Positions 62,801 through 64,000 of a DNA stretch of 64,000 nt are shown here, one piece after another. This DNA is from Tubiluchus corallicola. Lineage: Eukaryota > Animalia > Priapulida. The notes under the pieces are model-generated. The model was not told the DNA's origin, searched no databases, and worked only from the letters and a program-made list of their open reading frames with translations. Where the stretch lies: assembly GCA_030141605.1 (NCBI GenBank), contig JAQGDQ010000013.1:186001-250000 (forward strand), read 5' to 3'. A program made the position numbers and the translations under genes. Position 1 is the stretch's first letter; each line of letters starts with the position of its first letter.

Positions 62801-63664
62801 ATGCAGGCATACATACACAGAGTTAGATTGAAATCCTCTGTATAATATGTAAATTGTTTTTTATAATTTTTTGTAATTATTTACCTTATTGATAGGATTG
62901 ATAGAAGTAGAAAAAATTGCTATCATAAATGATATTTGGCATTTATTTACTGTAACAAATTTTTCTGATGCAAATTGCACATACTGACTGCACCTCTTTA
63001 AATGTTTAGTTTTCTCTCTTGTCAGCATGAAGCAACCACAACTGATCAGGACAACAGACGAAGTCAAAGCAAAGTTAAACTTGCTAGAGGTAGCCAACTC
63101 CCTCTGTTTATCTGCCACAATTAGTTACGGTTAATTAATTGCTATGAATCATTGCCCTTTAAGTGGAACAAGAAATCTGTTTTGTGCTTTGCTTATTTTG
63201 TGTTACCATTTAATGTATCCTAATCTTTGACAGTTAATCTCAGAAATTCTATATAGATGTTGGAAAACTGGGTAATTTTATTGCCAGAAAACAGATAAAA
63301 GCCTGATTCCTGTTTCACTGTCTGCCACTGCGAGTTAGTGGAACCTTCAAATAATGAGACAGGGTTGCAAATTTTGCCTTTTGTTTTAAATAATTTTATG
63401 AGGCTCATATAATTAATTCAAGCATTGTTGTTCTAGCTGCGTAGTTGTGCTTTTTTATCAAATTACGTGCCTATAACACAATTTGATAGAGTGACAGTTT
63501 ACCGTGTTCTTATATACAGTTTTCTGTAGGCACTTGGTGATATAGAGGTAGCTATTCGTACGCTGAAAGAAAGTACCGAGGTCAATGTACATCCTATAGA
63601 TCGTAATTATCACTCATTAAAATGCGAGCTGCAGACGCTCACACATGGTTGTGACATATTCCAG
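46255..63664 (+). CDS. PARP2: Poly(ADP-ribose) polymerase 2-like protein with N-terminal tandem WWE domains (partial; continues past window end)
   Basis: Exons 46255-46297, 50485-50639, 51020-51140, 52692-52895, 53420-53554, 54807-54875, 55022-55102, 56254-56369, 56852-57024, 57810-57903, 59995-60087, 61555-61639, 62532-62673, 63026-63089, 63530-63664 (1710 nt, phases consistent). PARP2 signatures GKAPVDPEC...YDAMLNQ|TNLQWNNNKYY...WFRWGRVG (WGR), KFKDKTKNDW...VPGKYDLLQMDY; regulatory domain SKLDDNVQ|SLIQLICD...KKAPL|GKLTTEQIRAGY...CNDFYTRVPHDFG...LLE|ALGDIEVA. The catalytic domain lies outside the window. The first exon assignment is less certain. Confidence 0.92.
46454..46936. mobile_element. 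Tigger/pogo-type MITE (483 bp), TA TSD
   Basis: 26-bp TIRs CAGTGGCCGCCGCTTATTGTGGACAC / CAGTGGCCGCCGCTTATTATGGACAC (1 mismatch). Repeated GTCCA(T/C)A(T/A)TAA.CG motifs. CpG-rich. Confidence 0.93.
47290..48460 (-). mobile_element. Decayed LINE ORF2 (AP-endonuclease region; RTE-X/CR1-like)
   Basis: Minus-strand fragments in the expected order: NICLCHE*WLHP (cf. D.ICLQEHWL, ~48410-48440), frameshifted SD(H)FPVCVEF (~47595-47625), HTVW/VNLGEPRN (cf. W...G.PR, ~47300-47340). Many stops. Confidence 0.4.
49790..49880 (+). repeat. Dispersed ~92-bp repeat, copy 2
   Basis: Near-identical to 41472-41563 (a few substitutions, one indel). Confidence 0.9.
49945..50305. mobile_element. Tigger-type MITE (361 bp)
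   Basis: TIR CAGTGTTCCCTCGCTACT / CAGTGTTCCCTCACTTCT. Right flank TA, left flank GA. Subterminal TCGCGG repeats. Confidence 0.8.
50692..50818. repeat. Compound microsatellite (ATT)n(ATC)n(ATT)n
   Basis: Direct read; produces the poly-N/D ORF 50676..50879. Confidence 0.97.
51919..52047. mobile_element. Short IR element containing a degenerate (TTAGGG)n tract, copy 2 (inverted)
   Basis: AAGTTTACAATTCCCCACACA...TTAGGGCTGGGGTTAGGGTT...TATGTGGGAGAATTTT is the reverse complement of copy 1 at 45573-45730. Confidence 0.72.
55773..55945. mobile_element. Small MITE with long imperfect IRs
   Basis: GTACATGAAAACCACTGTTCGTGCT vs rc of right arm GCACATGAAAACCATGTGTTCATGCT. The match extends inward (AACCCTCTCAT / AACCTTCCCAT). 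Superfamily unclear. Confidence 0.7.
60399..61309. mobile_element. hAT-like non-autonomous element with 8-bp TSD
   Basis: CTAATATT at 60391-60398 and 61310-61317. Right end ...GGGCACTG (CAGTGCCC on rc). Both arms are rich in CAGCT/GGCT words; the left TIR is degraded. Confidence 0.55.
62172..62330 (+). mobile_element. Degraded tRNA-derived SINE
   Basis: A-box-like TGACTCAGTGGTAAA, then CAGACCAAAAG...ACTGG...TGC...TTGGGCATT resembling a common invertebrate SINE body. No intact cloverleaf. Confidence 0.35.
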
Positions 63665-64000
63665 GTAAAAATTCAAAGCAGTAACAATATTACGTATAAA
63701 AATGACAACAGTCATTAACAGCTGATACATCTGATATCGATTACAAGTAATGGATGCTTTGTCTTTCTCACTTCTTCAGATTAATGATGACTATTGTCAC
63801 AATTGAAATTTACTAATTGAACTTTCTTTTCGTGCTTATAAAGATTTTTTAACTTTCTTGTTTTTCATGATTAGCAACTGAAAGTAACTGCCTAGTTTTG
63901 CTGTTTCTTATTACTTAGCAAATATCCATTAAGCAATTGTTTGGTGATTGAATGTCAAAGTCAGTAGTTGTAAATGCAAATGCTGAAAGTAAATTGTCAT

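Noticed and set aside
3501-63664. U12-type or GC-AG introns
   Set aside because: All coding introns traced in the three spliced genes are ordinary GT-AG without the GTATCCT donor.

Overview
AT-rich, CpG-depleted, intron-rich animal (invertebrate-type) genomic DNA, not a prokaryote. Four protein genes were assembled by hand from GT-AG exons with consistent intron phases. (1) An l(3)mbt/L3MBTL-type chromatin reader on + (21 coding exons, 3501-22435, ~1226 aa; FCS finger, 3 MBT repeats, 2 C2HC fingers, SAM). (2) A convergent RNF144A-type RBR E3 ligase on - (7 coding exons, 305 aa). (3) A MAP4K3/5 (happyhour)-type kinase on - whose whole 843-aa CDS is one exon. (4) A PARP2-type gene on + starting at 46255 and running off the window, carrying two N-terminal WWE domains on phase-1-bounded exons; it appears head-to-head with the kinase. 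Introns and intergenic DNA hold a decayed full-length Tigger/pogo transposon, several Tc1/pogo, hAT and foldback MITEs (most with visible TIRs, several with TSDs), Helitron/Helentron-like and LINE/SINE remnants, and microsatellites. Most notable: the WWE-WWE-PARP2 architecture, the intronless MAP4K probably sharing the PARP promoter, a MITE carrying telomere-like repeats, and a pre-miRNA-like hairpin. Family assignments rest on recalled motifs; no database searches were run.
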